DNA of 64,000 nucleotides from Bacteroidota bacterium (GTDB lineage Bacteria; Bacteroidota; Bacteroidia; Sphingobacteriales; Sphingobacteriaceae): NCBI GenBank assembly GCA_040386095.1, contig JAZKGD010000001.1, positions 1,467,530 to 1,531,529 of the forward strand, read 5' to 3'. Shown piece by piece: positions 16,212 to 27,030 of this stretch (position 1 is its first letter; each line of letters starts with the position of its first letter). The notes under the pieces were generated by a model. It saw only the letters and a program-made list of their open reading frames with translations, ran no database searches and was not told where the DNA came from. The position numbers and the translations under genes were made by a program.

Positions 16212-19200
16212 GATTGTGTTCTCCTTCCATTTGATTTATTTCAGCCCAATGATCTTCTTCCGATTCGCAATGATAAAGGCGCGGAGCCGGAGGTGCAAAT
16301 GAGCGTTGGGTGCGTGCACCTGCATTTTTGCTTTCTAATAATTTTTGAATAATACGTGCTTTTTCTGCAGTTTGTGTTTTTTGAACTTGTGCATCACGAT
16401 CAATATCCCAATAGGCAACACCATCAACAAAAGTTTTTTCGGCTTTTGCATAAATAGATAATGGGTTGGTCGACCAAACCACTACATCCGCATCTTTGCC
16501 TGGTTTTAAACTTCCAACTTTGTTGTCGATATGTAGCATTCTAGCCGGGTTTAAAGTTACCAATTTTAGGGCATCTTCTTCCGGAACACCACCATATAAA
16601 ACCGATTTACCAGCTTCTTGATTTAACCTACGTGCCATTTCAGCATCGTCTGAGTTAAATGCTGTGGTAACACCTACGTTGTGCATAATTTTACCATTGT
16701 ACGGAATGGCTTCTTGAACTTCCATTTTATAGGCCCACCAATCAGAGAATGTAGAAGCAGCAATACCATGTGCTTTCATCTTGTCGGCCACTTTATAACC
16801 TTCTAAGATGTGCGTAAACGTATTAATTTTAAAGCCCAAACTATCAGCTACATGGATAAGCATGTTAATCTCACTTTGTACATAAGAGTGGCAAGTAATG
16901 AAACGTTTGTTGTTTAAAATTTCGACTAAAGCATCTAATTCTAAATCTTTACGAACATTATTTCCTTTAACCGCTAATGCTTTTTCATACTCTTTGGCAC
17001 GGGTAAAAGCATCAACATACACTTGCTCTACGCCCATACGGGTTGATGGGAAGCGTAGGTTGTTTTGTGATGAACTTTGTTTCACATTCTCGCCTAAAGC
17101 GAATTTAATAAAGCCATCGGCTCCAGCAAATTTCATTTCTTCGGGCGCTTTTCCCCAACGCAATTTAATTAATTGGCTTTGTCCACCAATCGCATTTGCC
17201 GAACCATGTAAAATTTGCGATGAAGTAACTCCACCTGCCAACTGGCGATAAATATTTACATCTTCTGAGTTAATGATATCGCCAATACGAACTTCAGCAG
17301 AAACCGATTGTGCACCTTCATTGATACCTCCACTTCCAGCAATATGCGAGTGCTCGTCTATTAAGCCAGCAGTGATGTGTTTGCCTGTTGCATCGATTAC
17401 TTTTGCAGCACCGGCTGATAAATTCTTACCTACAGCTTTAATTTTGCCATTTTCTAAAAGAACGTCCGCATTTTTTAGAATTCCTTCTTTTTCATTGGTC
17501 CAAACTGTAGCGTTTTTAAGTAAAACTGATTCTTGAACAGGCACTGTTGAATTTCCAAAAGCAATGAATGGAAAAATTAACGAACCACTGGTTGTAGCTG
17601 GTTTTGCTGGTTCTTCACGCTTTGGCGCCTCCTTGGCTGCTTCTTTAAATGTACCATTCCAAGACCCAGCTGCAGTTGCGTTTATAACCACATCACCACT
17701 AAACGCTAATGGTGTAGTACCCGTTAAGTAACCGCTTAAACGAACATCGCCAACTGGATTTTTCCTTAAGTTGAAGTTAATGTTTACCCAATCACCATTA
17801 CGTGTAAAGGTTGCGTTTACGCGTGCGCTATCTGTACCTAAACGCTCAATTGCAGCCGTTGGAGCGGTAGCAGAGCCTGTAATTTTTAATAAAGCTGAGC
17901 CTATTCCATCAATCGTTAAGGAGTAGGTACCACGTAAATCGGTTACATCCATTTTGCTTACTACAAAGCGTTTGCCTTGTACCCAGTTTTCAAAAATGAT
18001 GTTCCCTGTTTTGAAAAGATTGTCTGATGTAATTAAAAAATTAGCCAATTTGCCTTTTTCAATAGAGCCAACTTTATCGCTTATGCCTAACATAGCAGCC
18101 GGTATTTCAGTAACCGACATTAAGGCTTGTTTTTCTGTTAAACCATTGGTGATGGCTTGTTGAATGTTGGCCCAAAATTCTTTAGGGGTTTCTAAGCCGT
18201 ATGTTGTTAATGCAAATTTAACTCCTGCCTTTTCTAACACGCCAGGATTGGTAGGTGCTAGTTCCCAGCCCTTTAATTGTGCTAAACTTAAATTTCTTGC
18301 CTCCGTAGGGTCCTCTACATCAAATGCTTTAGGGAAGCTAACTGGAATAATCAAAGCGGCACCAGTTGCTTTAACTGCATCGATGCGCTGATATTCATCG
18401 CCATTTGATTTAATGATATACGATTTTCCAAACTCTTTAGCCACTTTATCGGCACGCAAAACATTTGCCCATCCATCTGCTTCAAATAGTTGCGGAAGGT
18501 TTTGTTGTTTGTTAAACTGCTCTAGAGAAATATTATATTCTTCTTTTTGATTTTTATACCAGCTTGCATCTAAATAGGTTTGACGTAATAACGAAATCGA
18601 ACCCATTAATGATGAAGGATAATCGTTACTCGAAGTTCCTCTGTTAAAAGAGTAGTTTGCTGCACTTTGATCGTTCAGCATTACTTCGTTTTCTTTGCCA
18701 TCGTTTAGGGTAACGGCCGCAGAAGTTCCGCGTGCAATTCCATCTCTGCTAATTGAGTTTACGCTACCAAATCCGGCTTTGCGCATATCATCTGCTTTTT
18801 TGGTGTCGATGGTAAAAATATTTTTTACCTCAACTTCTGAGCGAATGCTCTCATTCCATCCATAAGGGCCTTTTTTGGTAGAGACGAAAATAGATTGTCT
18901 TCCTCCAAAACCGCCGCCAGCAGGAGCTGCACGAGTTGCTTCTTGAATTCCGTAGGATGTAAAAGCATCAATTAATGAAGGGTAAATATATTTCCCTTTC
19001 AAATCTATCACTGTATATCCCTTTGGAATAGCAGTTCCTGTACCCACCGATTGGATGGTTTTGTCTTTAATTAGTAACACGCCGTTACTAATTGTTTGGT
19101 TGGCATTTACTACAATATTTGCATTGGTAAACGCATACATTACGGGTCTAATATCATAAGAACCATTAACAGGATACGTTTGCTGAGCAAATAAAAACGC

Positions 19201-19242
19201 AGTAGAAAATACCAGCGAAAGCGCAAGTAGAATTTTCTTCAT
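16204..19242 (-). CDS. Exported tandem-domain amidohydrolase family protein
   Basis: Two amidohydrolase domains. The C-terminal one has IDEHSH, TCHSY, FTHILE, NSDD and GSLKPGKDAD. Confidence 0.85.
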   Translation of the reverse strand: MKKILLALSLVFSTAFLFAQQTYPVNGSYDIRPVMYAFTNANIVVNANQTISNGVLLIKDKTIQSVGTGTAIPKGYTVIDLKGKYIYPSLIDAFTSYGIQEATRAAPAGGGFGGRQSIFVSTKKGPYGWNESIRSEVEVKNIFTIDTKKADDMRKAGFGSVNSISRDGIARGTSAAVTLNDGKENEVMLNDQSAANYSFNRGTSSNDYPSSLMGSISLLRQTYLDASWYKNQKEEYNISLEQFNKQQNLPQLFEADGWANVLRADKVAKEFGKSYIIKSNGDEYQRIDAVKATGAALIIPVSFPKAFDVEDPTEARNLSLAQLKGWELAPTNPGVLEKAGVKFALTTYGLETPKEFWANIQQAITNGLTEKQALMSVTEIPAAMLGISDKVGSIEKGKLANFLITSDNLFKTGNIIFENWVQGKRFVVSKMDVTDLRGTYSLTIDGIGSALLKITGSATAPTAAIERLGTDSARVNATFTRNGDWVNINFNLRKNPVGDVRLSGYLTGTTPLAFSGDVVINATAAGSWNGTFKEAAKEAPKREEPAKPATTSGSLIFPFIAFGNSTVPVQESVLLKNATVWTNEKEGILKNADVLLENGKIKAVGKNLSAGAAKVIDATGKHITAGLIDEHSHIAGSGGINEGAQSVSAEVRIGDIINSEDVNIYRQLAGGVTSSQILHGSANAIGGQSQLIKLRWGKAPEEMKFAGADGFIKFALGENVKQSSSQNNLRFPSTRMGVEQVYVDAFTRAKEYEKALAVKGNNVRKDLELDALVEILNNKRFITCHSYVQSEINMLIHVADSLGFKINTFTHILEGYKVADKMKAHGIAASTFSDWWAYKMEVQEAIPYNGKIMHNVGVTTAFNSDDAEMARRLNQEAGKSVLYGGVPEEDALKLVTLNPARMLHIDNKVGSLKPGKDADVVVWSTNPLSIYAKAEKTFVDGVAYWDIDRDAQVQKTQTAEKARIIQKLLESKNAGARTQRSFAPPAPRLYHCESEEDHWAEINQMEGEHNHE

Positions 19243-19328
19243 AAATTTTTTAGTTTAAATATTATTTTAAATCTATCGATAAATAAAGAGTTATTATATA
19301 TCTAACTGTTATTTTACAGTTTTGTAAT

Positions 19329-19378
19329 AAAAATGCCACCGCAAAAGAGGATGAACATAATCCTCTTCTGCGGTGGCA
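19329..19378 (-). terminator. Intrinsic terminator after the TonB-dependent receptor gene
   Basis: TGCCACCGCAGAAGAGGA / TCCTCTTTTGCGGTGGCA on the minus strand followed by TTTTT. Confidence 0.8.
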
Positions 19379-19399
19379 GCTATATGTGATGTGTCTTAC

Positions 19400-22300
19400 T
19401 TAAAATCCAACTCGAAGGCCTAATTGAACCTGCCAAGGATTGCCAGCCGGGTTAATTACACCAGAGTGATTTACACGGTAGTTAAAAGTTTTAGTGGTTG
19501 TGTTAAAGTTTGGTAAAGCAGGATTGCCATTTGCAGCTGGTACGCCAATGGCATATAATGCACCATTACCCAAATTTTCTGTCACACCCCATTTCTTTTT
19601 AATTAAGTTTCCTACATTAAAAATATCACCAGAGAATTCAATGCTTCGTTTGCTACCTATTTTGAATTTCTTAGATAATCTAAGGTCTACAAGGCCATTA
19701 AAGCCATTTTCGCCACCATTTCGAGCAGCAATTTGGCCTTCATATTTTAAGATATAATCTTTTAGGGCCTGGCTTGCCAACGGATTATCTAGTAATGCTT
19801 GTAACCCGGTCTTAATGTTTGCAGGTGTATTCGGGTTATTTCTATCAAAAATATAGGCTAAATCGTTAGTAGTTACAAAATCACCATTGTTATTTGCGCC
19901 AGATGTTAACGTAAATCTGGTACCACCAATTCCAGAGTAACGAACACCAACAGTTATTCCAAAGTAAGTAGGTAATGTACCATAAATTACTACTTTTTTA
20001 CGGAAGTGGTTATCAGAGTAAGTGATGGCATCCAAATTTCTAGGGTCATCTCGAACTGGAAGATTTAGAGTAGCCGTATTTGCTACGTTACCATTAAAAG
20101 AGGTATTATCTTTGGCATCGCTCCATGTATAGCTTGCTGTAATTTGACCATCTTTAAAGTAATTCCATGAAGCATCTAGAACTACCGCATACTGATTAAT
20201 TTTCCCTTTACTATTCAACTCCAACACCCTTCCAAATTGATTACTTAAACGACCAGTTTTCCAATCGGCGGTACCATTTGTTGGGATCGATGGAACATAA
20301 ACACCTCTTCCGCCCTCGTTGCTTAGCGTAAAAAATGGATCTGCAACCATGTTTCTATCTACATACATGTAATTATGACGGCCAAGCGTAGCATAACCGG
20401 TAAGGCCTACTCTTAATTTATCAGTGATTAATTTATTATAAGATAAATTTGCTTTATAAATAACAGGTATTTGTGCGTCTTCGGCGTAGGTATTAATAGT
20501 CGGTACTTGGAAATTCGCCAATGATGGAGCAGCGACAGTTCCATTTCTATAGCCAATAAAGTTTGGAGTTGGCACATCTACGCCAAATACATCAACTGTA
20601 GCGAAATGTGTTCCGTCGAAGCTTAAATTGTTAATGGTCATGTAGTTATTTAAATCAGATCCGAATATGCCAGCTCCAAGGCGAATGTAATCGGTATGGT
20701 TCTCATTTATATCCCAATCAAATTGAACACGTGGTTGTAGTAAAAGTTGAGAAATTTCATGGTCTGTTCTTACGCCGATGGCATTAAATAACGTTTGGTT
20801 TAATGGAGATTTTGGATATTTACTATAATCTAAACGTAAACCACCGGTAAAATCAAGCCCTAAGCCTAATTTAGTCTGAACCTGTCCATAAGCCGCAAAA
20901 TTCCAAATTCCCGCAATTACGGTTGGGTCTGCAACTAAAGGTACTTCACGATAAAAACGGTTTGCAATCAAATTGTTAAAATTCTGCAATGAAGTTTGTG
21001 CTGTTGCGCCAGAACCACTATTGGTAAATTCGAAACGACCGTTTACTTCACTTCCATACAATGATTTTGCTCTGGTGTACATCACATCGACACCAAAAGT
21101 ATATTTCGCTTTGTCGGTATTATAGTATAGATTATTTACCAACTGAAACACATTATTGGTAAATCCTTCTTGCGCAAAGCGGTGACCACCTATTTGTGCG
21201 GAAGTAGATCTTGATGCGCCAGCTATGGTAGAAATGAGATTGCCAACAATAGCTCTAGGGATAGGGCCACCCAGCTGCTCGCCCTGCTCACTTGATTGAA
21301 AGGTATATAAATGCTGAACTTTTAATTCATTTGTTAATTTGCTATTGATAGATGAACGTAAAGTTGCTAATAAGCTATTATCTACGTTTTTATCGTTACC
21401 ATAACTTTCATAAAGATTAATAGCGGTATTGTCTGCTAAACCCAATGGGTTTCTATCGTTCGTATAATTATCTCTAACAGTTAATAGGTTTTTATCGTTA
21501 ACCTGCCAATCTAATCTTAAAAATCCTGCATCAGTGCCTCGTTTTTTGTCGAAAGTTCCAAATTGAGGTTTATTAGATACTCCGTATTTTGTGCGAGCGA
21601 TATCTACAAAACTGTTTAATGTGGCATTGGTGATGTTAAACCTCGCTTCGTCTGCCGCTGTCTTTATATCGGCGATGATCAATGGACGGGCATCTTTTTG
21701 ATGATCCCAACCAGCAAAATAGTGTAATTTATCTTTAATGATAGGTCCGCCCAACGTAAATCCATATTGATAAGTTGAAAAGTCGTTATCTCTTCTAACT
21801 TGTCTAATGTCGTATTTACTAGCCAATACATCTGCACGACCATAAATAAATGCACTACCGCTAACCTCGTTGGTGCCTGCTTTCGTTACTGCACTGATGG
21901 TACCCCCACCTGCACGTCCAAAAGTTACATCATAAGCATTGGTAACCACTTTAAATTCCCTAACTGATTCGATAGATATCGAGTAAGGCGCTCCACTTCT
22001 GCTGGTGGTACTTCCTGCCGATGTAGGGTTTTTTGCACTCATCCCATCAATGGTATAATTGGTAGACGAGCCAAGTTGTCCTGAAATACCTCCACCCCGA
22101 CTTAGCGGCGATAAATCCATTAGATTAGAGAAATTACGCCCATTTACTGGAAGTTGATTCATGGTTTTAGAAGAGATTTCAGTAGAAGCGCCGAATTGCT
22201 GAACCTTGTTTCTCAAACCAGTAGCATTGATCTCTACAGCTTGGAGCGTTTGTGCCGTAGCCTGCATATTAATAGATACTTTAACCGCGTCGCCTTGATT

Positions 22301-22594
22301 TAAGGTAAAGCCCGATCTAGTTTGTTCTCCTAAACCAATAAAGCTGGCTTTTATGGTGTAGGGGCCACCCAAGGGCAGCTCTTTAAAAGTAAATTCACCG
22401 CTGTTATTGGTATTTGATTTAGTAGTAAAGCCTGTTGATTCGTTTTTAACGACTACAGTTGCACCTGGAATTGGTTTCTTTTGGTCGTCGGTAATGACAC
22501 CAGAAATTGATGCTTGGGTTGTTTGAGCTGATACTTGGGTAACCGCTAGAAAACAGACCAAAAGCAAGATGATGGAAAGAATTCGATTGTTCAT
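19400..22594 (-). CDS. TonB-dependent receptor, Oar-like, with N-terminal carboxypeptidase-regulatory-like domain
   Basis: Signal peptide, ISGVITDDQKKPIPGATV, LPVNGRNF, SIESVREFKV, FGRAGGG and the C-terminal QLGLRVGF. Confidence 0.88.
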   Translation of the reverse strand: MNNRILSIILLLVCFLAVTQVSAQTTQASISGVITDDQKKPIPGATVVVKNESTGFTTKSNTNNSGEFTFKELPLGGPYTIKASFIGLGEQTRSGFTLNQGDAVKVSINMQATAQTLQAVEINATGLRNKVQQFGASTEISSKTMNQLPVNGRNFSNLMDLSPLSRGGGISGQLGSSTNYTIDGMSAKNPTSAGSTTSRSGAPYSISIESVREFKVVTNAYDVTFGRAGGGTISAVTKAGTNEVSGSAFIYGRADVLASKYDIRQVRRDNDFSTYQYGFTLGGPIIKDKLHYFAGWDHQKDARPLIIADIKTAADEARFNITNATLNSFVDIARTKYGVSNKPQFGTFDKKRGTDAGFLRLDWQVNDKNLLTVRDNYTNDRNPLGLADNTAINLYESYGNDKNVDNSLLATLRSSINSKLTNELKVQHLYTFQSSEQGEQLGGPIPRAIVGNLISTIAGASRSTSAQIGGHRFAQEGFTNNVFQLVNNLYYNTDKAKYTFGVDVMYTRAKSLYGSEVNGRFEFTNSGSGATAQTSLQNFNNLIANRFYREVPLVADPTVIAGIWNFAAYGQVQTKLGLGLDFTGGLRLDYSKYPKSPLNQTLFNAIGVRTDHEISQLLLQPRVQFDWDINENHTDYIRLGAGIFGSDLNNYMTINNLSFDGTHFATVDVFGVDVPTPNFIGYRNGTVAAPSLANFQVPTINTYAEDAQIPVIYKANLSYNKLITDKLRVGLTGYATLGRHNYMYVDRNMVADPFFTLSNEGGRGVYVPSIPTNGTADWKTGRLSNQFGRVLELNSKGKINQYAVVLDASWNYFKDGQITASYTWSDAKDNTSFNGNVANTATLNLPVRDDPRNLDAITYSDNHFRKKVVIYGTLPTYFGITVGVRYSGIGGTRFTLTSGANNNGDFVTTNDLAYIFDRNNPNTPANIKTGLQALLDNPLASQALKDYILKYEGQIAARNGGENGFNGLVDLRLSKKFKIGSKRSIEFSGDIFNVGNLIKKKWGVTENLGNGALYAIGVPAANGNPALPNFNTTTKTFNYRVNHSGVINPAGNPWQVQLGLRVGF

Positions 22595-23089
22595 GATGAA
22601 AAGTTAATGTTAGGGTTTATTTCGTTTTTAATCACTTATATGAAATCGATATTTCGATAACTTTCGTTTCTTTTAAAAAATGGCTTAATCGAAACTAAAA
22701 ATAAAATTTCATATTAAAAAGAAATTTGTTTTATTTATTTTAAATCGCTGATTATTTATGCTAAGGAGTTGATTTTGCTGTGTTTATGTTGTTGGAATAG
22801 TAAACACACGTTTACCTAGCATGTTTTGAATCTAAACGAAAGGCTCAGGGTTCCGGCAATACGTAATGATATGAAATAATAGATAGGGAAAGGAAAAGTC
22901 TATTCATAAAAGCGAAAATTTAATTCGCTACAAAAGTCTATCCCTTAAATTAATTGTAGCCCTATTTTCAGTTATCAAATTGTTTAGTATCACCTTTAAA
23001 CGTTAATATGATGTTAAGACCGGTTATAAATAAGTACTTATTATCAAAAAAGCCATTTATTTATTATTTTTGACTAAATAAAAAACACC

Positions 23090-23539
23090 ATGAGTATTTA
23101 CGAAATATTAAAGAGTGCCCATTCGGGCTGGAGATACCTTGTTCTTCTCTTGTTAATCTTGGCAATAATTAATGCCTTAACTGGTTGGATGGGAAATAAA
23201 AGCTATACCGAAGGAAACCGAAAATTAAATGTGTTTACGTTAATTAGCGCACACATTCAATTTGTGCTTGGTATTGTCTTATATTTTTTAAGTCCACTAA
23301 CAAAAGGACCAATGGCAGATACGCTGTATCGCTACTGGAAAGTTGAGCACATAAGTATGATGCTTATTGCAATTGTGCTTATTACAGTTGGTAATGCAAA
23401 ATCTAAAAAAGGTGTTACTGGTGTTGCAAAACATAAAAGCATTGCTATATTTTTTGGATTGGCATTAATCGTGATCGTTGCAGCTGTTTTTATGATGGTA
23501 AATAGTGATCCGAGTAAAACATTGTTTGGAATATCTTAA
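23090..23539 (+). CDS. Cytochrome b-like 4-TM membrane protein
   Basis: Four hydrophobic helices with His in AHSGWRY, AHIQF, EHISMM and KHK. Confidence 0.6.
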   Translation: MSIYEILKSAHSGWRYLVLLLLILAIINALTGWMGNKSYTEGNRKLNVFTLISAHIQFVLGIVLYFLSPLTKGPMADTLYRYWKVEHISMMLIAIVLITVGNAKSKKGVTGVAKHKSIAIFFGLALIVIVAAVFMMVNSDPSKTLFGIS

Positions 23540-23546
23540 TTTTAGG

Positions 23547-24623
23547 TTATTGCATAATTTGTTTGGCTATTTTGGCTGCAAAACTATCAAGACTTACGGT
23601 TCCTGTATTACTAAGAATAATTATTGTAGCGTTAGCCTCAAGAATATGGAAGAGCATGGCTTGAGCGCCCATAATTGAACCAGGTCGTTTTACTATGGTG
23701 AACATTTTGCCATTGATGTTGTAGTCTTTATATACCCATACCCCATAGCCGTATTCGCCTAAACCCGAAGTAAACATCAGATCTAATGTGGTTTTTTTTA
23801 ATAGTTTTTTTGAGAAAAGAGCCTCCGAAAACCTAAGGATATCTTCGGCCGTTGAGTACATTGCTCCGGCTGCGTACCAGTTATCGATATATACAGGTAA
23901 ATCGTTTACTAAGGCTTTGATGTCATCTCTATAAAAATAGGTGTCGGCCAGTTTCTCTGTGATTTCTTGTTGTGATAGTAACCCTGAGTTTTTCATTTGT
24001 AAGGGTTGTAGTATCTTTTCCACTAAATTTTGCTGAAATGTTTTGCCACTGATTTTTTCTATAATTTTACCAAGAATAATGAAATCGGCATTATTGTAAT
24101 CGAACTCCTTGCCCGGCTGTTTAACCAAGGGGCCGCTACAAAATTTAGTGAGCATTTCTTCTGAAGAGTAAGGCTTCTGATATTGTGGTAGTCCGTTCTT
24201 CAAAACACTTTCCATTGTTGTTCCCTCATCCATATTTGAAATGCCAGAGGTCATATTCAATAACTGAACAATGGTTACCTTATCTGCTCCCTCTCCCTTA
24301 TAGTCTGGCAAATAAGTTCTGATTGTTTTATTCAGGTCTATTTTATCCTGTTCGTAAAGCTGAAGGATTAAAACCGCCGTAAATGCTTTTGTAATTGAGG
24401 CAACCTTGTATTTTGTATCGACGGTATTGGGTACTTTAAATTGAAAATTTGCAAAGCCAAAGCTTTTTTTGTAGCTGATATTTGCATGCTTTGAAATCAA
24501 AATAGTACCATTAAAATTATTTTTAACGGCAAATGAGTCTATAAAGACATCAACTTTTGATGATTGTGCCCATAAAATAAATGTTTGTGTAAGAAGTGTA
24601 AGAGTAAAAAATATTCTTTTCAT
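23547..24623 (-). CDS. Serine hydrolase, beta-lactamase/AmpC-like family
   Basis: SxxK (SITK), YxN (YNN), LLNMTSG and a signal peptide. Confidence 0.88.
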   Translation of the reverse strand: MKRIFFTLTLLTQTFILWAQSSKVDVFIDSFAVKNNFNGTILISKHANISYKKSFGFANFQFKVPNTVDTKYKVASITKAFTAVLILQLYEQDKIDLNKTIRTYLPDYKGEGADKVTIVQLLNMTSGISNMDEGTTMESVLKNGLPQYQKPYSSEEMLTKFCSGPLVKQPGKEFDYNNADFIILGKIIEKISGKTFQQNLVEKILQPLQMKNSGLLSQQEITEKLADTYFYRDDIKALVNDLPVYIDNWYAAGAMYSTAEDILRFSEALFSKKLLKKTTLDLMFTSGLGEYGYGVWVYKDYNINGKMFTIVKRPGSIMGAQAMLFHILEANATIIILSNTGTVSLDSFAAKIAKQIMQ

Positions 24624-24802
24624 AAGAACAATATTTAGTTGATTTAAAGTTAATTACAGATAAGATGACGAATTGCTCTAAAGGGTTGCATTCATAAGAA
24701 ACTAAATTCTTTACTACCTTAATGTGTGCAAATCTTTATCGTTTTTGAAAAAAACTTCAAAATATTTTGATTTCTTAACTTTTTGTATACTTTTGCTACT
24801 CA

Positions 24803-24880
24803 ATGATTAACAATATACATACATGGCAATGGCGTAGTAATTCTAACAAGAGTTATGTCGAAGCTGTGTGCACCTTATAG
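24803..24880 (+). CDS. trpL: Trp attenuator leader peptide
   Basis: MINNIHTWQWRSNSNKSYVEAVCTL with two Trp codons, between a TACTTTTG promoter element and the trpE terminator. Confidence 0.7.
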   Translation: MINNIHTWQWRSNSNKSYVEAVCTL

Positions 24881-24910
24881 TTTATCAACCTAAACCTAAA
24901 CCACATTATC

Positions 24911-24942
24911 AAAACCCGACGTAACCACACGTCGGGTTTTTT
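24911..24942 (+). terminator. Trp attenuator terminator
   Basis: AAAACCCGACGT-AACCAC-ACGTCGGGTTTT followed by TT, 62 nt before trpE. Confidence 0.85.
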
Positions 24943-25004
24943 GTTTTACACTTACGAAGTTTAACTGTATAAACTTCGTAAGTATTTAAAAAAGAATTAA
25001 AAGA

Positions 25005-26408
25005 ATGAGTACATATCACATACAAACACATAGTAAAAAGCGTTTAGCAGATACCACTACTCCAGTAAGTATTTATTTGCGTTTACGCGATGTTTTTCCA
25101 AATACCATTTTGCTCGAAAGTTCAGATTATCATAGTCGCGAAAATGCAACCAGTTACGTTTGCGCTGAACCGGTTGCAGGTATCATTCTAAAAGAGGGCG
25201 TATTAAGCACCTATTTCCCGGATGGAACAAAAGAAAGCAAAGATAATTTTGTATTAACAGAAGAAATTTCTGCTTTTAAATCAAAGTTTGAGGTTAAGAA
25301 TCAACTAAAAGACAAGCATATTTCGACTGGTTTATTTGGCTACTTTACGTGGAATGCCATTCCTCATTTCGAGGATATTACCTTTACTTCGGCTACGCCA
25401 GATGAAGATAAAATCCCGGTAATGCAATATCATGTATACCGTTATATTATTGCAATCGACCATTTTAAAAATGAAGTTACGTTAACTAAAAATGTATTTA
25501 ACGCAGACGACAGTGAAGATTTAACAAAAATTGAATACCTTATTCAGAATAAAAATTTTCCAGAATATAGTTTTAAAACCAGCGGTGAAGAACAGTCGAA
25601 TTTAACCGACAACGGTTTTATGAACATGGTAGAGCAGCTGAAGAAACACATTTATCGAGGCGATGTTTTTCAGATCGTTCCTTCGAGAGCTTTTAGTCAG
25701 GGGTTTTTAGGGGATGAATTTAACGTATACCGTTGCCTACGGTCTATTAACCCATCTCCTTATCTTTTTTATTTTGATTATGGTAGTTTTAAACTGTTTG
25801 GGTCTTCGCCCGAAGCGCAAATAACAATTGGCAATAACACTGCTAATATTTTTCCGATTGCAGGAACCTTTAAACGAACGGGCAATGATGAAGAAGACGT
25901 GGCCTTAGCGAAAAAGTTGGAGGAAGACCCTAAAGAAAGTGCTGAACACGTAATGTTGGTAGATTTAGCAAGAAACGATTTAAGTAGACACTGTAATGCG
26001 GTAGCTGTAAAATCATTTAAAGAAGTACAGTATTATTCGCATCTAATTCATTTGGTTTCGAAAGTAAGTGGGAATTTACAAGAGGGGGTGAGTGCATTTA
26101 AAGTGGTTGCCGATACCTATCCGGCTGGTACGCTAAGCGGTGCGCCAAAATACAAAGCGATGCAGCTTATTGATCAATATGAGCAGTTGGGACGCAATTT
26201 TTATGCAGGCGCAATTGGTTATATGGGCTTTAATAATGATTTTAATCATGCCATTATGATCCGGACATTTATGAGTAAAAATAATTATTTGCATTATCGA
26301 GCTGGAGCTGGTATTGTGGCCGATTCGGTAGCAGAAAGTGAGTTAAACGAAGTAAATAATAAAATCGCTGCTTTGCGAAAAGCAATTGAAATGGCGTGTG
26401 AGCTTTAG
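25005..26408 (+). CDS. trpE: Anthranilate synthase component I
   Basis: LLES, GDVFQIVPS, NPSPYLF, FPIAGT, AEHVMLVDLARND and PAGTLSGAPK motifs. Confidence 0.95.
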   Translation: MSTYHIQTHSKKRLADTTTPVSIYLRLRDVFPNTILLESSDYHSRENATSYVCAEPVAGIILKEGVLSTYFPDGTKESKDNFVLTEEISAFKSKFEVKNQLKDKHISTGLFGYFTWNAIPHFEDITFTSATPDEDKIPVMQYHVYRYIIAIDHFKNEVTLTKNVFNADDSEDLTKIEYLIQNKNFPEYSFKTSGEEQSNLTDNGFMNMVEQLKKHIYRGDVFQIVPSRAFSQGFLGDEFNVYRCLRSINPSPYLFYFDYGSFKLFGSSPEAQITIGNNTANIFPIAGTFKRTGNDEEDVALAKKLEEDPKESAEHVMLVDLARNDLSRHCNAVAVKSFKEVQYYSHLIHLVSKVSGNLQEGVSAFKVVADTYPAGTLSGAPKYKAMQLIDQYEQLGRNFYAGAIGYMGFNNDFNHAIMIRTFMSKNNYLHYRAGAGIVADSVAESELNEVNNKIAALRKAIEMACEL

Positions 26409-26453
26409 GGCAAGGAGCAAGGAAAATTGGGAGATATAAGTTAAGAAATAAAA

Positions 26454-27029
26454 ATGAATAACAGAACTGTTTTGGTAATCGATAATTACGATAGTTTTAC
26501 CTATAATTTAGTGCATTTGATAAACGAACTCGGCTTTGAAGCAGTAGTTTGGCGAAACGATAAGTTTAAATTGGAAGATATTGCAGCTTACGATAAAATA
26601 TTACTCTCTCCGGGTCCGGGTATACCCGAAGAAGCAGGTTTATTGTTGGACGTAATAAAAACCTATTCACCAACAAAAAGCATTATGGGAGTTTGTTTGG
26701 GCCAGCAAGCCATTGCCGAAGCTTTTGGAGGTACATTGCTTAATTTGGGCCGACCAATGCATGGAATAGCCACGCCAATTACCGTATTAGATCCGTTAGA
26801 ATTAACATTTAAAGGTTGTCCGGATTTAATTGAAGTTGGTCGTTATCATTCGTGGGTGGTTAACCCGGCAGATTTGCCAAGTAGTTTAAAAGTAACTGCA
26901 ATAGATGGTGATGGACAAATAATGGCGTTACGTCATGAAAAATACGATGTTTGTGGAGTTCAGTTTCATCCAGAAAGTGTACTTACCCCAAGCGGAAAGC
27001 AAATGATGAAGAACTGGTTAGAAAATTAA
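26454..27029 (+). CDS. trpG: Anthranilate synthase component II (glutamine amidotransferase)
   Basis: IDNYDSFTYN, LSPGPG, GVCLG and QFHPES motifs. Confidence 0.95.
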   Translation: MNNRTVLVIDNYDSFTYNLVHLINELGFEAVVWRNDKFKLEDIAAYDKILLSPGPGIPEEAGLLLDVIKTYSPTKSIMGVCLGQQAIAEAFGGTLLNLGRPMHGIATPITVLDPLELTFKGCPDLIEVGRYHSWVVNPADLPSSLKVTAIDGDGQIMALRHEKYDVCGVQFHPESVLTPSGKQMMKNWLEN

Positions 27030-27030
27030 T

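Noticed and set aside
22595-23089. Riboswitch upstream of the TonB-dependent receptor
   Set aside because: I found no TPP or cobalamin consensus. Only a GCTACAA/TTGTAGC hairpin and two AAAAGTCTAT copies are present, which is too weak to call.
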